Position numbers and translations under genes: made by a program
The notes under the pieces: model-generated
What the model saw: only the letters and a program-made list of their open reading frames with translations
Told to the model about the DNA's origin: nothing
The model's database searches: none
Shown here: one piece after another, positions 26,158 through 35,218 of the stretch
Numbering within the stretch: the stretch's first letter is position 1
Layout of the letters: the number at the start of each line of letters is the position of its first letter
Assembly (NCBI GenBank): GCA_047601445.1
Contig: JASGJH010000001.1
Location: 8,320,001 to 8,384,000, forward strand
DNA: 64,000 nt
Source: Myxococcales bacterium
Lineage (GTDB): Bacteria > Myxococcota_A > Polyangia > Polyangiales > DASUME01
Direction of reading: 5' to 3'

Positions 26158-26982
26158 ATGTCTCCCACGCTCTTGCGCCGTTCGCGCTGGGAAGCTGCAG
26201 TGCCGGTCCTCGCCTTCCTCATGGCGGCCGCCTGCGCGCTCTGGCAAATCCCCGCCTTGGCTCAATCCACCGAGCCCGAAAACGCGGACTACCGAAACTC
26301 CGTGGCGGAGGCGGTGGCCGAGTTCGAGGCCAAGAACTACGCCGAGTCGCTGGCGCTGTTCACGCGAGCTCACCACATCTTTCCCAATGCACGTACGCTG
26401 CGTGGCATCGGGATCGCAGAGTTCGAATTGCGCATGTACACGGCCTGCGTTCAGCACTTGCAGGGCGCGCTCGACTCGGACGTCAAGCCCATCAGCGGCA
26501 AGCTGCGCGACGACGCCAAGCGTCTGCTCGACCGTGCGCTGACCTTCGTGGGACGCGTGCGCATCACGGCGGAGCCCGCAGGCGCGCTCATCTTGGTGGA
26601 CGACGCGGCCTTTCAGCCCGACCCGGATGGCACTGCGCTGTTCGACATCGGCGAGCACCAAGTCGAGGCCAGCATGCCCGGCCGCCAGAGCGTGACGCGC
26701 ACGTTGACCCTGATTGGCGGAGAGACCAAGGAGCTCGCGCTGGTGCTGCCCGAGCCGCCCCCGCCTGTCGCGCCGACGGCGCCGACCCTGGCGCTCGCGG
26801 CGACCCCTGCGCCTGTCAAGAGCGAGCGACGCGCCTACAAGAACCCATGGCTATGGACCGCGGTGGGTGTGGTGATTGCAGGCGCTGCCGTGGGCGCCTA
26901 CTACGCGTTTAGCGCCGAGCCGAAGGTACGCATGGAACCTTTCTACGGAGGCGACACCAACGCGGTGTTGACGGGACCGTGA
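26158..26982 (+). CDS. TPR + PEGA-domain exported membrane protein
   Basis: Signal, helical TPR-like region, PAGALILVD..GEHQVEAS.PG, YKNPWLWTAVG TM. Confidence 0.8.
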   Translation: MSPTLLRRSRWEAAVPVLAFLMAAACALWQIPALAQSTEPENADYRNSVAEAVAEFEAKNYAESLALFTRAHHIFPNARTLRGIGIAEFELRMYTACVQHLQGALDSDVKPISGKLRDDAKRLLDRALTFVGRVRITAEPAGALILVDDAAFQPDPDGTALFDIGEHQVEASMPGRQSVTRTLTLIGGETKELALVLPEPPPPVAPTAPTLALAATPAPVKSERRAYKNPWLWTAVGVVIAGAAVGAYYAFSAEPKVRMEPFYGGDTNAVLTGP

Positions 26983-26990
26983 GGCACACG

Positions 26991-29075
26991 ATGTCGATCC
27001 GCAGGCTGTCCTGGTTGTCCGTGCTGTGCCTGGCGCTGCTCGGTGGCTGTCCCGAGGACGTTACGCGACACGCGACGCAGGTCACCGTGTCCATCAACAG
27101 CGACCTCGCCGCGGGCATGCAGCTGACCCGCATCGAGGCCGAAGTGTTCGACGCCGAGGGCCAGCGCAGCGCCGTGGAGAGGCGCTCCTTCGAGGTCACC
27201 AGCACCCGTCCGCTCGAGGGCGAGGTGAGGTTACCGTTCTCCTTCGGCATCGCGCGCGGTGGGGCCTCGCGCTTCTTGCTGGTGATCACCGGGTACGGCC
27301 CTGGCGGGACGGGCCTCGAAGAGAAGGTCATCGAGCAGAAGTCCATCGCCAGCTTCCAACAGGAGCAAACGCTGCTGCTCAAGGTCTTCCTCGGTCGCGC
27401 CTGCCTGGGTGTCCTGTGTGGCGATGACCTGACCTGTTACCCGATGACGGAGGACAACGTCTTGGCCGGCCAGTGCGGGGCGATTCCTCAGGCTGAGCTC
27501 AAGCGCATCCACCCAGGAGAAGAGTCCCGCGCTTGGGATCCCAGCGGCCTCGGCACCGACGCGCGCGATGGCGCCGTGCCGGGCGACGATGGAAACGTGG
27601 CGGACGCTGGCCTCGATGGCTCGTTGAGCCCGGCCGACGGTGGCGACGGTAATCCGTGCCCCACCGGGTACCACCCCGAGAGCGGCTCCTGTGTCGACAC
27701 CGACGAGTGCGCGACCGACAACGGCGGTTGTGATCACACCTGCACCAACTCCAATGGCAAGTTCACCTGCTCCTGCGACATCGGCTACAAGCTTGCTAGC
27801 GACTCCCTGCATTGTGAGCTGCTCGCGTGGGGGCCCGAGGAGACCTTCGGCATCGATGGCGGCTCGCTCGGCAGCTACGACGTGGTCACGCGTTCCGGAC
27901 AGGCGTCCGAGATCATGTGGGACGACTACCAATACCCGAACCCCAGCCGTATCTGGCGTGCTCAAGGGAGCGCAGGCACGTGGCCAAGCGTGTCCTTCCG
28001 GGATCAGGGGACGAAGTCGGCCGAGACGCCTGTTCTCGCGAACCGTGGTGAGACCGTCTTCGCCTGGTGGTACGAGCAGTCGGCGCCCGACAACAGCTAT
28101 CACTTTTGGGGTAGCCGCACGACCGGCACCATGGACTGGAGTACGCCGATCCAGCTCGAGAACGAGTCCAACAACCGGCAGTCGATGGCGTCCGCGGTGC
28201 ACTCCAACGGCAGCGCCGTTCTAGCCTGGATCAACCTGGAAAGCGGACCTGGGGCCGCCTACGCCAAGGTCTACGACATGACCAAGGTCGCGTGGGTGCC
28301 CAGCGGAGTCGGCGGACAAATGGTGGGCGGCGTGGGTCGCTCGAACCTCATCCCTTCGGACATCGCCGTGGTGGCCACGGGCTACTCGGACTTCCTGATG
28401 GTCTGGAAGCAAATGCGGCAAACGCCGAGCGATGACCAAATTCGCCTCTGGTACAGTCGCTACACGAGCGCCGGTGGTTGGAGCACGGCCCAGTCCATCG
28501 CGGGCACCACCGACCCCGACATGCCGGCGCTCGCGGCCGACGCCAGCGGCAACGTCACCATGGCTTGGCGCGAGCAGGCCGGGGCCAAGCTGGTGTGGGG
28601 CTACTGCGCAATCGCCATGGCTTGTACACGCGGGGGAGAGATCGATTCGGCGCTCAACAACATGAACCAACCCGCTCAAGTCCTCATCGACGATGAAGGT
28701 GTGGTCACGCTCGTGTGGATCAGCCAGCCGGCCGGCGTGAGCCACACGCGCGTCACCTGGAGTCGCAAGCCAGTGGGCGGAAGCTTCAGCACGCCCGTCG
28801 CGCTCGGGAACTCCAGTGAGAACGCTACCGGTGTGCAAGCCGTGATGGATGGAGGCGGCAACGTCCTCGCTGTGTGGAGCGACATCACCGGCGAGTTCAC
28901 GACCTCGAGCGTATGGTGGAGCCGAAGTTTGCGCGGGCAGCCCTTTAGTCTGCCCGGGCTGCTTCAGGCCACGTCCGAGTACGCGCAAAGTCCGCGCATC
29001 ACCGTGCAGGCGAACGGCACCGCCACCGCGATCTGGAAGCAGGGCGACATGGGGCGCGTGCGCCGCCTACAGTAG
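26991..29075 (+). CDS. Lipoprotein with Ca-binding EGF domain and beta-propeller-like C-terminus
   Basis: LGGC lipobox; CVDTDECATDNGGCDHTCTNSNGKFTCSCDIGYKL; repeated (V/L)xW blades. Confidence 0.82.
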   Translation: MSIRRLSWLSVLCLALLGGCPEDVTRHATQVTVSINSDLAAGMQLTRIEAEVFDAEGQRSAVERRSFEVTSTRPLEGEVRLPFSFGIARGGASRFLLVITGYGPGGTGLEEKVIEQKSIASFQQEQTLLLKVFLGRACLGVLCGDDLTCYPMTEDNVLAGQCGAIPQAELKRIHPGEESRAWDPSGLGTDARDGAVPGDDGNVADAGLDGSLSPADGGDGNPCPTGYHPESGSCVDTDECATDNGGCDHTCTNSNGKFTCSCDIGYKLASDSLHCELLAWGPEETFGIDGGSLGSYDVVTRSGQASEIMWDDYQYPNPSRIWRAQGSAGTWPSVSFRDQGTKSAETPVLANRGETVFAWWYEQSAPDNSYHFWGSRTTGTMDWSTPIQLENESNNRQSMASAVHSNGSAVLAWINLESGPGAAYAKVYDMTKVAWVPSGVGGQMVGGVGRSNLIPSDIAVVATGYSDFLMVWKQMRQTPSDDQIRLWYSRYTSAGGWSTAQSIAGTTDPDMPALAADASGNVTMAWREQAGAKLVWGYCAIAMACTRGGEIDSALNNMNQPAQVLIDDEGVVTLVWISQPAGVSHTRVTWSRKPVGGSFSTPVALGNSSENATGVQAVMDGGGNVLAVWSDITGEFTTSSVWWSRSLRGQPFSLPGLLQATSEYAQSPRITVQANGTATAIWKQGDMGRVRRLQ

Positions 29076-29125
29076 AGCGTACGCGCCCTGTCGTCAGCCA
29101 TGGGAGCGCGTGCTTCTCGTGGGCT

Positions 29126-30595
29126 TCAAGGCGCGGGGCAGTTGCCGCCCTCCACGCAGGCCGTCCCGTAGCCCTGCGCCGTGCAGCAGGTGGAGGTCCC
29201 ATCCAGCAGCGCGGAGCACACCGCCTGGCAGGGACAGCTGTTGCACGTGGTCGCGGAAGCATACTGGCGACATTCGCCCTCCACGCACAGCTCGTTGCGA
29301 TCGCAGCGCCCGCCACACTTGCCGCAGTTCAACGGGTCGCTGTCGAAGTTGGTGCAGGAGCGGCGGTCGTTCACCGTGCACGTGTCCGGGGTCGGATCGG
29401 CACAGTCGCTGTTGGTGCAAGCTCCGGCCTGGCAGGCATCGCCCATTGCGCACTGGGAGCCGGCGGCGGGAGCGCATGCGCCGCAGTTTTGCGGGTTGGA
29501 GCTGGGGTCTACGCAGCGGTCGCCGCAACGCATGAGCCCGGGTCGGCAAACGCAGGCGCCCTGCTCGCACATTTCCGATCCCGAGCATTGTTGCGCATTG
29601 CCGCAGCTCGTCCCGCAGTGATCCGGATCATGAGCCAGGTCGCGACAGCCTCCTCCGCAGGCCGTGAGCCCCGGAGCACACGTGCACTCGCCATTGGCAC
29701 AGCCCGTTTCGAAGGGGCCGTTGCAGCTGTTGCCGCAGCTCCCGCAGTGGTTGGCGTCCGTGGCGGTGTTCACGCAGGCACCGCCTGCGCCACAGGCTTC
29801 CTGTCCTTGCGGGCAGCCACAACGTCCATCCACGCATTGAAGGGAGCCCGCCCCGAGCGCCGCGCAGTCTGCATTTTCCACGCATTGCACGCAGCTCAAG
29901 GTCGTCGGATCGCAGTGAGCGCCGCGTTGACTGCCGACGCAATTGGCGTCGCCCAGACACTCAACGCATAGCTTGCCCGCGGGGTCGCAGTAGGGCAGGG
30001 GCGCCGAGCAGTCTCCCGAGCTCTGGCAGGGCGGATGACATACGCCGCCCACACATTGCTCGCCCTGATCGCACTGGTGGCCGCAGCGTCCGCAGTTGGC
30101 CTCGTCGGTGCTGCGGTCCACGCACTGGCCGTTGCACGTCTCGGTGCTGCCAGGACAATCGCACATGCCGTCGACGCAGGCACGACCGCCCGTGCATTGG
30201 GCGTCGGCCGAGCATTCGCCGCAGACATGGGTTGCCAGGCTGCAGTAGGGGCGGTTGCCCCCGCAGTTGCCGTCGCCCACGCACTCGACGCAGCTCCCGC
30301 TGGCGCTGTCGCAATAGGGAGTAGACCCGCCGCAATCGCCGTGGCCGAGGCACTGCACGCATACGTTGCGCGGCATTGCGCAGTGGGGCTGGTTGGCGGG
30401 ACATTGCAGATCGCTCTGGCACGACACCAGGGGAACGCCTCCGCCGCCGTCCGTGAGCGACGCGTCGCCGCCCGGCACGTCGGCATCCATGTCCTTGCTG
30501 CCTCCTCCGTGTCCCCCATCTCCGCTGCATGCGCCGAGGGCCGCGAGCGAACACATCACCACCGCACGCGCAGCGAATCTCCATCCAAACTCCAT
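29126..30595 (-). CDS. Cys-rich repeat lipoprotein (Stig1/MXAN_6577-like and CVECxxDxxC repeats)
   Basis: LGAC lipobox; repeated CVxC(L/V)xDxxC and D..(N/H)CG.CG units. Confidence 0.88.
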   Translation of the reverse strand: MEFGWRFAARAVVMCSLAALGACSGDGGHGGGSKDMDADVPGGDASLTDGGGGVPLVSCQSDLQCPANQPHCAMPRNVCVQCLGHGDCGGSTPYCDSASGSCVECVGDGNCGGNRPYCSLATHVCGECSADAQCTGGRACVDGMCDCPGSTETCNGQCVDRSTDEANCGRCGHQCDQGEQCVGGVCHPPCQSSGDCSAPLPYCDPAGKLCVECLGDANCVGSQRGAHCDPTTLSCVQCVENADCAALGAGSLQCVDGRCGCPQGQEACGAGGACVNTATDANHCGSCGNSCNGPFETGCANGECTCAPGLTACGGGCRDLAHDPDHCGTSCGNAQQCSGSEMCEQGACVCRPGLMRCGDRCVDPSSNPQNCGACAPAAGSQCAMGDACQAGACTNSDCADPTPDTCTVNDRRSCTNFDSDPLNCGKCGGRCDRNELCVEGECRQYASATTCNSCPCQAVCSALLDGTSTCCTAQGYGTACVEGGNCPAP

Positions 30596-30836
30596 ACAGC
30601 CTCCACCACGGTTGCGTCTTCAACGCCCCCATGGCCGGTGCCGCAGGAATCCATCACCGGAGCTCGAGGCGCGTTTCACGGCCCACAGAAAGGCATCGGC
30701 GGCTGCAGGACAATGTGGGGACGTTGCGGGGGCCGCCCCTTCGCTGACCCGAGGCGCCATCCGATGGGCCCGCGATGCGATTTCGCATCCCACGACGAGC
30801 CCGGCGGGCTCGGATTGCGTATGCTCGCGATTGGCC

Positions 30837-32675
30837 ATGACTTGGGACGAAAACGAGGTGTCCGCAGCCGAGGCGCCAGAGGGATGGGAAGGCGCAGATC
30901 CCCCCGATCAAGCGCATTTTGGCCGCTATCGCTTGATCGCCACCCTGGCGCAGGGGGGCATGGCCAACGTCTACCTCGGGGTCGGTCTGGGGCCGGCCGG
31001 CTTCAACAAGCTGATGGTGGTCAAGGCCCTGCGCGACGACGTGGCGGCTCACTCCGAGGACCTTGCCGCGATGTTCCTGGACGAGGCGCGTCTGTCGGCG
31101 CGCTTGAGCCACCCGAACATCGTGCAGACCTACGAGATCGGCGAGCACGGGCAGCGGTACTTCATGGTCATGGAGTACCTCGAAGGACAGCCCCTGCGGG
31201 TCGCCCAGCGGCGCCTGGGCAGGCTGGGGCTGCCTCTCGAGGAGGAGCTCCGCATCCTGGTCGAGACCGCCCGCGGGCTGCACCACGCCCACGAGCTGCG
31301 CGGCCTGCACGGCGAGTTTCTAGGGGTCGTGCATCGCGACGTCAGCCCGCAGAACGTCTTTCTTACGTACGACGGCCAAGTGAAGTTGCTCGACTTCGGG
31401 ATCGCCAAGGCCCGGGATGCCGATCACCTCACGAAGGTCGGGGTGATTCGGGGCAAGCTCGACTACATCGCACCCGAGCAAGTTCGGGGGGAGAAACTCG
31501 ACCGCCGCGCCGATGTGTTCTCGCTGGGCGCGATGCTGTGGGAAGCGCTGACGGGTCAACGCTTTGGTGGCGGCTCCCGCATGGCCGAGGTGACCAAGAT
31601 GCATCGCCGCCTGCTGGGGGCGGAGCCTGCGGCAGGGGAGCTCAATCCGGACCTGCCGGACACCCTGCGCAACATCGTCGAGCGGGCCCGGGCGCTCGAC
31701 CCTGCCGAGCGCTTTCCCACGGCAGCCGCGTTCGCCGAGGAGCTCGAACGGTTTCTGGGAACCATGGGAATGCATCCGACGGCCAAGACGCTGAGCGATC
31801 GCCTCGGGGTTCCGTTCGCGGCCGAGCGTGCTCGCATCAGCGGCTTGATCGAGCAGCAGGTCCGGCAGGCCGTGCAGAGCAACCAGCGGCTTTCGGCCTT
31901 GCCTAACCTCGGTCGCAGCGAGCGCGATAGCAGCACGGGGATGGGGACGGGGAGTCTTGGTAGCGCTGGCTCGAGCGCGTTTCTGACGCCGGACGGGCGC
32001 ACTTCGCGCACGCCTGGGAGTCTCTCGCCCGCGCCTGCCGCGCCCAGCTTGCCGCCCGCTGTCACCAGCTATCCTCGGCTCAGCGCCGTCAAGATCGCAG
32101 CGGTGGTCACGGTCTTGGGGCTCGCGTCAGGCACTGCCTTGTTGATCCGCAAGGACGGGCAGCCTTCCGCGTTGCACGAACCCAACGTGGTCCTGGAGCC
32201 CAGGCCCGCAGCCGCCGCTGCGCTGCGCGCCGAGCCCACCCCAGCGCCCTCCTTGCAGGCCGCGCGCCCCCAACCCCGCGCCACGGTGCATTTGCAGATC
32301 CAGGTGGCCGGAGCGGACGCTCAGGCCACGCTCGACGGGTCGACCCTCACCAGGCTGCCGTTCGACGCCGACCTGATGCGCGACGGCATCTTGCATCACC
32401 TGGAGGTCTCGGCCCCGGGACATCAGACCAAGCGCATCCTGGTGGCCCTCGATCGCGACCAAGATCTGACGGTTGTGCTCGATCCGTTGCCGCTCGATGC
32501 GCCGCACGGGAGCCGTCGGCACAGCAGGTCCGGCGCACAAGCAGACGACGAGAGCGCGCTCACGGGCCCGAGTTCTCTGCCGCCGGCGGTCGACGAGTTT
32601 CTACCGGGCGCGAAGCTGCCCACCGTTCATCGCGTGCAGGCCGAGATCGACACGATCAATCCGTACCTCGAGTGA
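30837..32675 (+). CDS. Membrane Ser/Thr protein kinase (Pkn2-type) with PEGA-like C-terminus
   Basis: GGMANVY, VVK, HRDVSPQN, DFGIAK, APE; TM segment. Confidence 0.95.
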   Translation: MTWDENEVSAAEAPEGWEGADPPDQAHFGRYRLIATLAQGGMANVYLGVGLGPAGFNKLMVVKALRDDVAAHSEDLAAMFLDEARLSARLSHPNIVQTYEIGEHGQRYFMVMEYLEGQPLRVAQRRLGRLGLPLEEELRILVETARGLHHAHELRGLHGEFLGVVHRDVSPQNVFLTYDGQVKLLDFGIAKARDADHLTKVGVIRGKLDYIAPEQVRGEKLDRRADVFSLGAMLWEALTGQRFGGGSRMAEVTKMHRRLLGAEPAAGELNPDLPDTLRNIVERARALDPAERFPTAAAFAEELERFLGTMGMHPTAKTLSDRLGVPFAAERARISGLIEQQVRQAVQSNQRLSALPNLGRSERDSSTGMGTGSLGSAGSSAFLTPDGRTSRTPGSLSPAPAAPSLPPAVTSYPRLSAVKIAAVVTVLGLASGTALLIRKDGQPSALHEPNVVLEPRPAAAAALRAEPTPAPSLQAARPQPRATVHLQIQVAGADAQATLDGSTLTRLPFDADLMRDGILHHLEVSAPGHQTKRILVALDRDQDLTVVLDPLPLDAPHGSRRHSRSGAQADDESALTGPSSLPPAVDEFLPGAKLPTVHRVQAEIDTINPYLE

Positions 32676-32874
32676 CGCCTGGCTGGAGGCGCTGCCCACT
32701 CGAGCGCTACTGGCAGCCACCCACGAACATCTGAAGGTCCCCGTCGAGCACACCAACGATGGTCACACGCTGGGCGTCGCTCTCAGAACATGGGCAAACC
32801 GGCACGGTAGTGAGCTCGGATACGGTGGTCCACGCCGAGGCGTCCCGAGAGAACCGCGATCACCCCGAGGTCGC

Positions 32875-32912
32875 GCTGCGCTATCGTGCTCTGGCTGCGC
32901 TATCGTGCTCTG
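32875..32912 (+). repeat. Exact 19-bp tandem duplication
   Basis: GCTGCGCTATCGTGCTCTG twice (32875-93, 32894-912). Confidence 0.9.
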
Positions 32913-32915
32913 GCC

Positions 32916-33800
32916 ATGCGGCGGCTCGCCACGTTGTTGTTCGCGGTCGGTGTCGGTGCGCTCAGCGCGTCCGCGGGCGCCGAGCGAGCCGGGATCGACG
33001 CCGAGTGGGCCTGGATCAAGGCGCGTTTTCAGGGTGGCGATTCGTACGATCCGGCGTCCCGAGAGGACCCACTGCAGCGCTTGCTCGCTTGGGTTCCGCC
33101 GGGACGAGCCGCCACCATCTTCGATCGCGCCTGTCGCCCCCTGCGCGTGTGGCGCAAGGGCGCTGCGCTGGAGGGCTATGCACGGCGCACCCAGCACATC
33201 GTGGGCAACACGAAGACCGTGCTGATCCAACGCCTCACCATCGACCACTTCTTCGAGATTCAGGACGCCGACTACACCATGTACGAACGCCAAGCGGGCG
33301 GCGGCTGGCACGAGACCGAGAGCCTCGGCGGCGGCTACGCGTCCCAGCGCATCGGCTCGGCGTTGTTCGCGGTGCATCACGATGCCGCCTGGTTCGACGA
33401 GAGCTTGGTCGACCTCCGCGTCGCCTGCGACGCCGTGCGCGAGGAGGTCAGCCAGTGCGAGCGCGGCGCCACCCGCACGTGCTCGCTGTGCACTCACTGG
33501 GCGCTCCATGCCAGCACCAACGAGCCCGATCGCGGCATCGGTTTCCACATCCGCAGGATCCGTAGCGAAGCGAAAGGGCAGGGCTGCGATCTCCCTTGCT
33601 CAGCCGACGATCCCCCTGCAGACGTGGTACGCGCGAACACCACCCTCGCCAAGATGTCGTTTCCGTACCTGGGCTTCGCGGACGGGCATCCGCACCTGTT
33701 TCGCACGCGCGCCGCGTGCAGGCGCTACCGCAGCCAGCACACGATCGAGGAGGACGAGTTGTACCTTTGGGAGCCCGTCTATGCGGATTGGGAAGAGTAG
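32916..33800 (+). CDS. Hypothetical secreted protein
   Basis: Signal peptide MRRLATLLFAVGVGALSASAGA; several Cys; coding-like codon use. Confidence 0.7.
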   Translation: MRRLATLLFAVGVGALSASAGAERAGIDAEWAWIKARFQGGDSYDPASREDPLQRLLAWVPPGRAATIFDRACRPLRVWRKGAALEGYARRTQHIVGNTKTVLIQRLTIDHFFEIQDADYTMYERQAGGGWHETESLGGGYASQRIGSALFAVHHDAAWFDESLVDLRVACDAVREEVSQCERGATRTCSLCTHWALHASTNEPDRGIGFHIRRIRSEAKGQGCDLPCSADDPPADVVRANTTLAKMSFPYLGFADGHPHLFRTRAACRRYRSQHTIEEDELYLWEPVYADWEE

Positions 33801-33888
33801 GAGCGACCCTGACCACCGTTGGCTCGGCGCACGAATGTTCCTCGCTGATGATCGTGGGCCTCGTGCCCCGGCGCAGGATGGGCTCGAC

Positions 33889-34374
33889 CTAGTACGCCTC
33901 GATCACACCGCAGCCGATGCGCTCGCCACCTTCGGCGTGCACCACGAATGCGTGGCCGAGTGGATCGGTATCCGCGTTGCCGTCGAGGGTCCACAGCTGG
34001 TCGGCTGAAGTGCGATCGTTCAGGAAGGTCGAGCTGCCGGTCCCGTCGGCGCACACGACATTGGGGATTCCCTCGCCGCGCACGCCGCCCGGACCCCAGT
34101 GGCCTCCCTGGCCTGCTGCATCGGCGCAGCTCGTGCCTTGATGGATGTGCACGGGATGCGAACCGTCAGGGCAGTTCTCGAGCGTGACCTTCACGCGCAC
34201 GCCCGTCGGGCGTTGAGAGAAGGAGACCGTGCCGGTCACTTCGCCCGCGCCGAAGGGGGAGATCTCGCCCACTTCCGAGGCATCCCAGGGCGGGTTCTCG
34301 CCGTGACCGCAGGCGACTGCTGAGAAGATGACGAGCGCTGGCAGCGCGCGAAATGCGGCTTGTCTCAAGATCAT
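33889..34374 (-). CDS. sodC: Cu/Zn superoxide dismutase-family lipoprotein lacking the Zn site
   Basis: AVAC lipobox; HIHQGTSC, GGHW, VVH, RIGCGVI. Confidence 0.8.
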   Translation of the reverse strand: MILRQAAFRALPALVIFSAVACGHGENPPWDASEVGEISPFGAGEVTGTVSFSQRPTGVRVKVTLENCPDGSHPVHIHQGTSCADAAGQGGHWGPGGVRGEGIPNVVCADGTGSSTFLNDRTSADQLWTLDGNADTDPLGHAFVVHAEGGERIGCGVIEAY

Positions 34375-34671
34375 GGTGCTGTTCCTCTTCACTCGTACGC
34401 CAAGTTGGATGAGCCAGGTGGAGGCCCGAGTGCCCTCGCAACCAGTCGTCCACCTCACACTTCGGGATACGTCTGCGGAATCAGCATACGGGGGTGAAAG
34501 GGAAAGCTCCCCTTGCCGGGTTTCGTGCTCGCGAGATCTCCGAGGGCCTGGTTGCTGATCGGCGAGCTCCCATTCGGCGCGCGCGGCGCCTCTGGATATG
34601 GCCCTCATTCGGATATGCATGGCAGCGCCACGACGTGCTCGTGGGTTCGCTCTGAGCCCCGTCGTCGATGA

Positions 34672-35094
34672 CTACGGTGCGGGCAGAAAACTACGCGCGA
34701 TCTTGATCAGGGCTTCCATGCGAATGGGCTTCTGCAGGCAACCCGCTGCCCCGAGCTCGCGGGCAGCCTGGGCCGCCCCCGGAAAGCTGCCGGTCAGCAG
34801 CACGACGGGCACCTCGGCCAGATCGGGAACGGCACGGATCGCAGCGAGCACCTCGAGTCCGCCCATGCCGGGCATGGCCACGTCCAGAAAGACCACGCCG
34901 ATGCTGGGATCTGCGCGCAGCATCTCGAGGGCGCGTGGGCCGTCGGGGGCTTCGATCACGGCGATGGAGGCCTGCTCCAGTACGTTGCGCAGGACGAGCC
35001 GGATGGGCTCCGCGTCGTCGACTAGCAGGGCACGGGAGCGCGGTTTCGCCGCCGAAGCGCCGCTTGCACCGGCATGGCTTGGAAGGTCAGGCAC
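34672..35094 (-). CDS. Single-domain response regulator (CheY-like)
   Basis: LLVDD, FLDVAMPGMGG, LTG, QKP. Confidence 0.88.
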   Translation of the reverse strand: MPDLPSHAGASGASAAKPRSRALLVDDAEPIRLVLRNVLEQASIAVIEAPDGPRALEMLRADPSIGVVFLDVAMPGMGGLEVLAAIRAVPDLAEVPVVLLTGSFPGAAQAARELGAAGCLQKPIRMEALIKIARSFLPAP

Positions 35095-35218
35095 GTCGTT
35101 GGCGTCGACTATGGCCCGAAGCGCATCGGCTGGAAAGGGAGTGCCGCAGGGCGGGCTCGTCTCGAGCTCGCTTTGGGACCGCTCACATCGGCCCGCGAAA
35201 CCTCCGCGGGCTCGAAAA

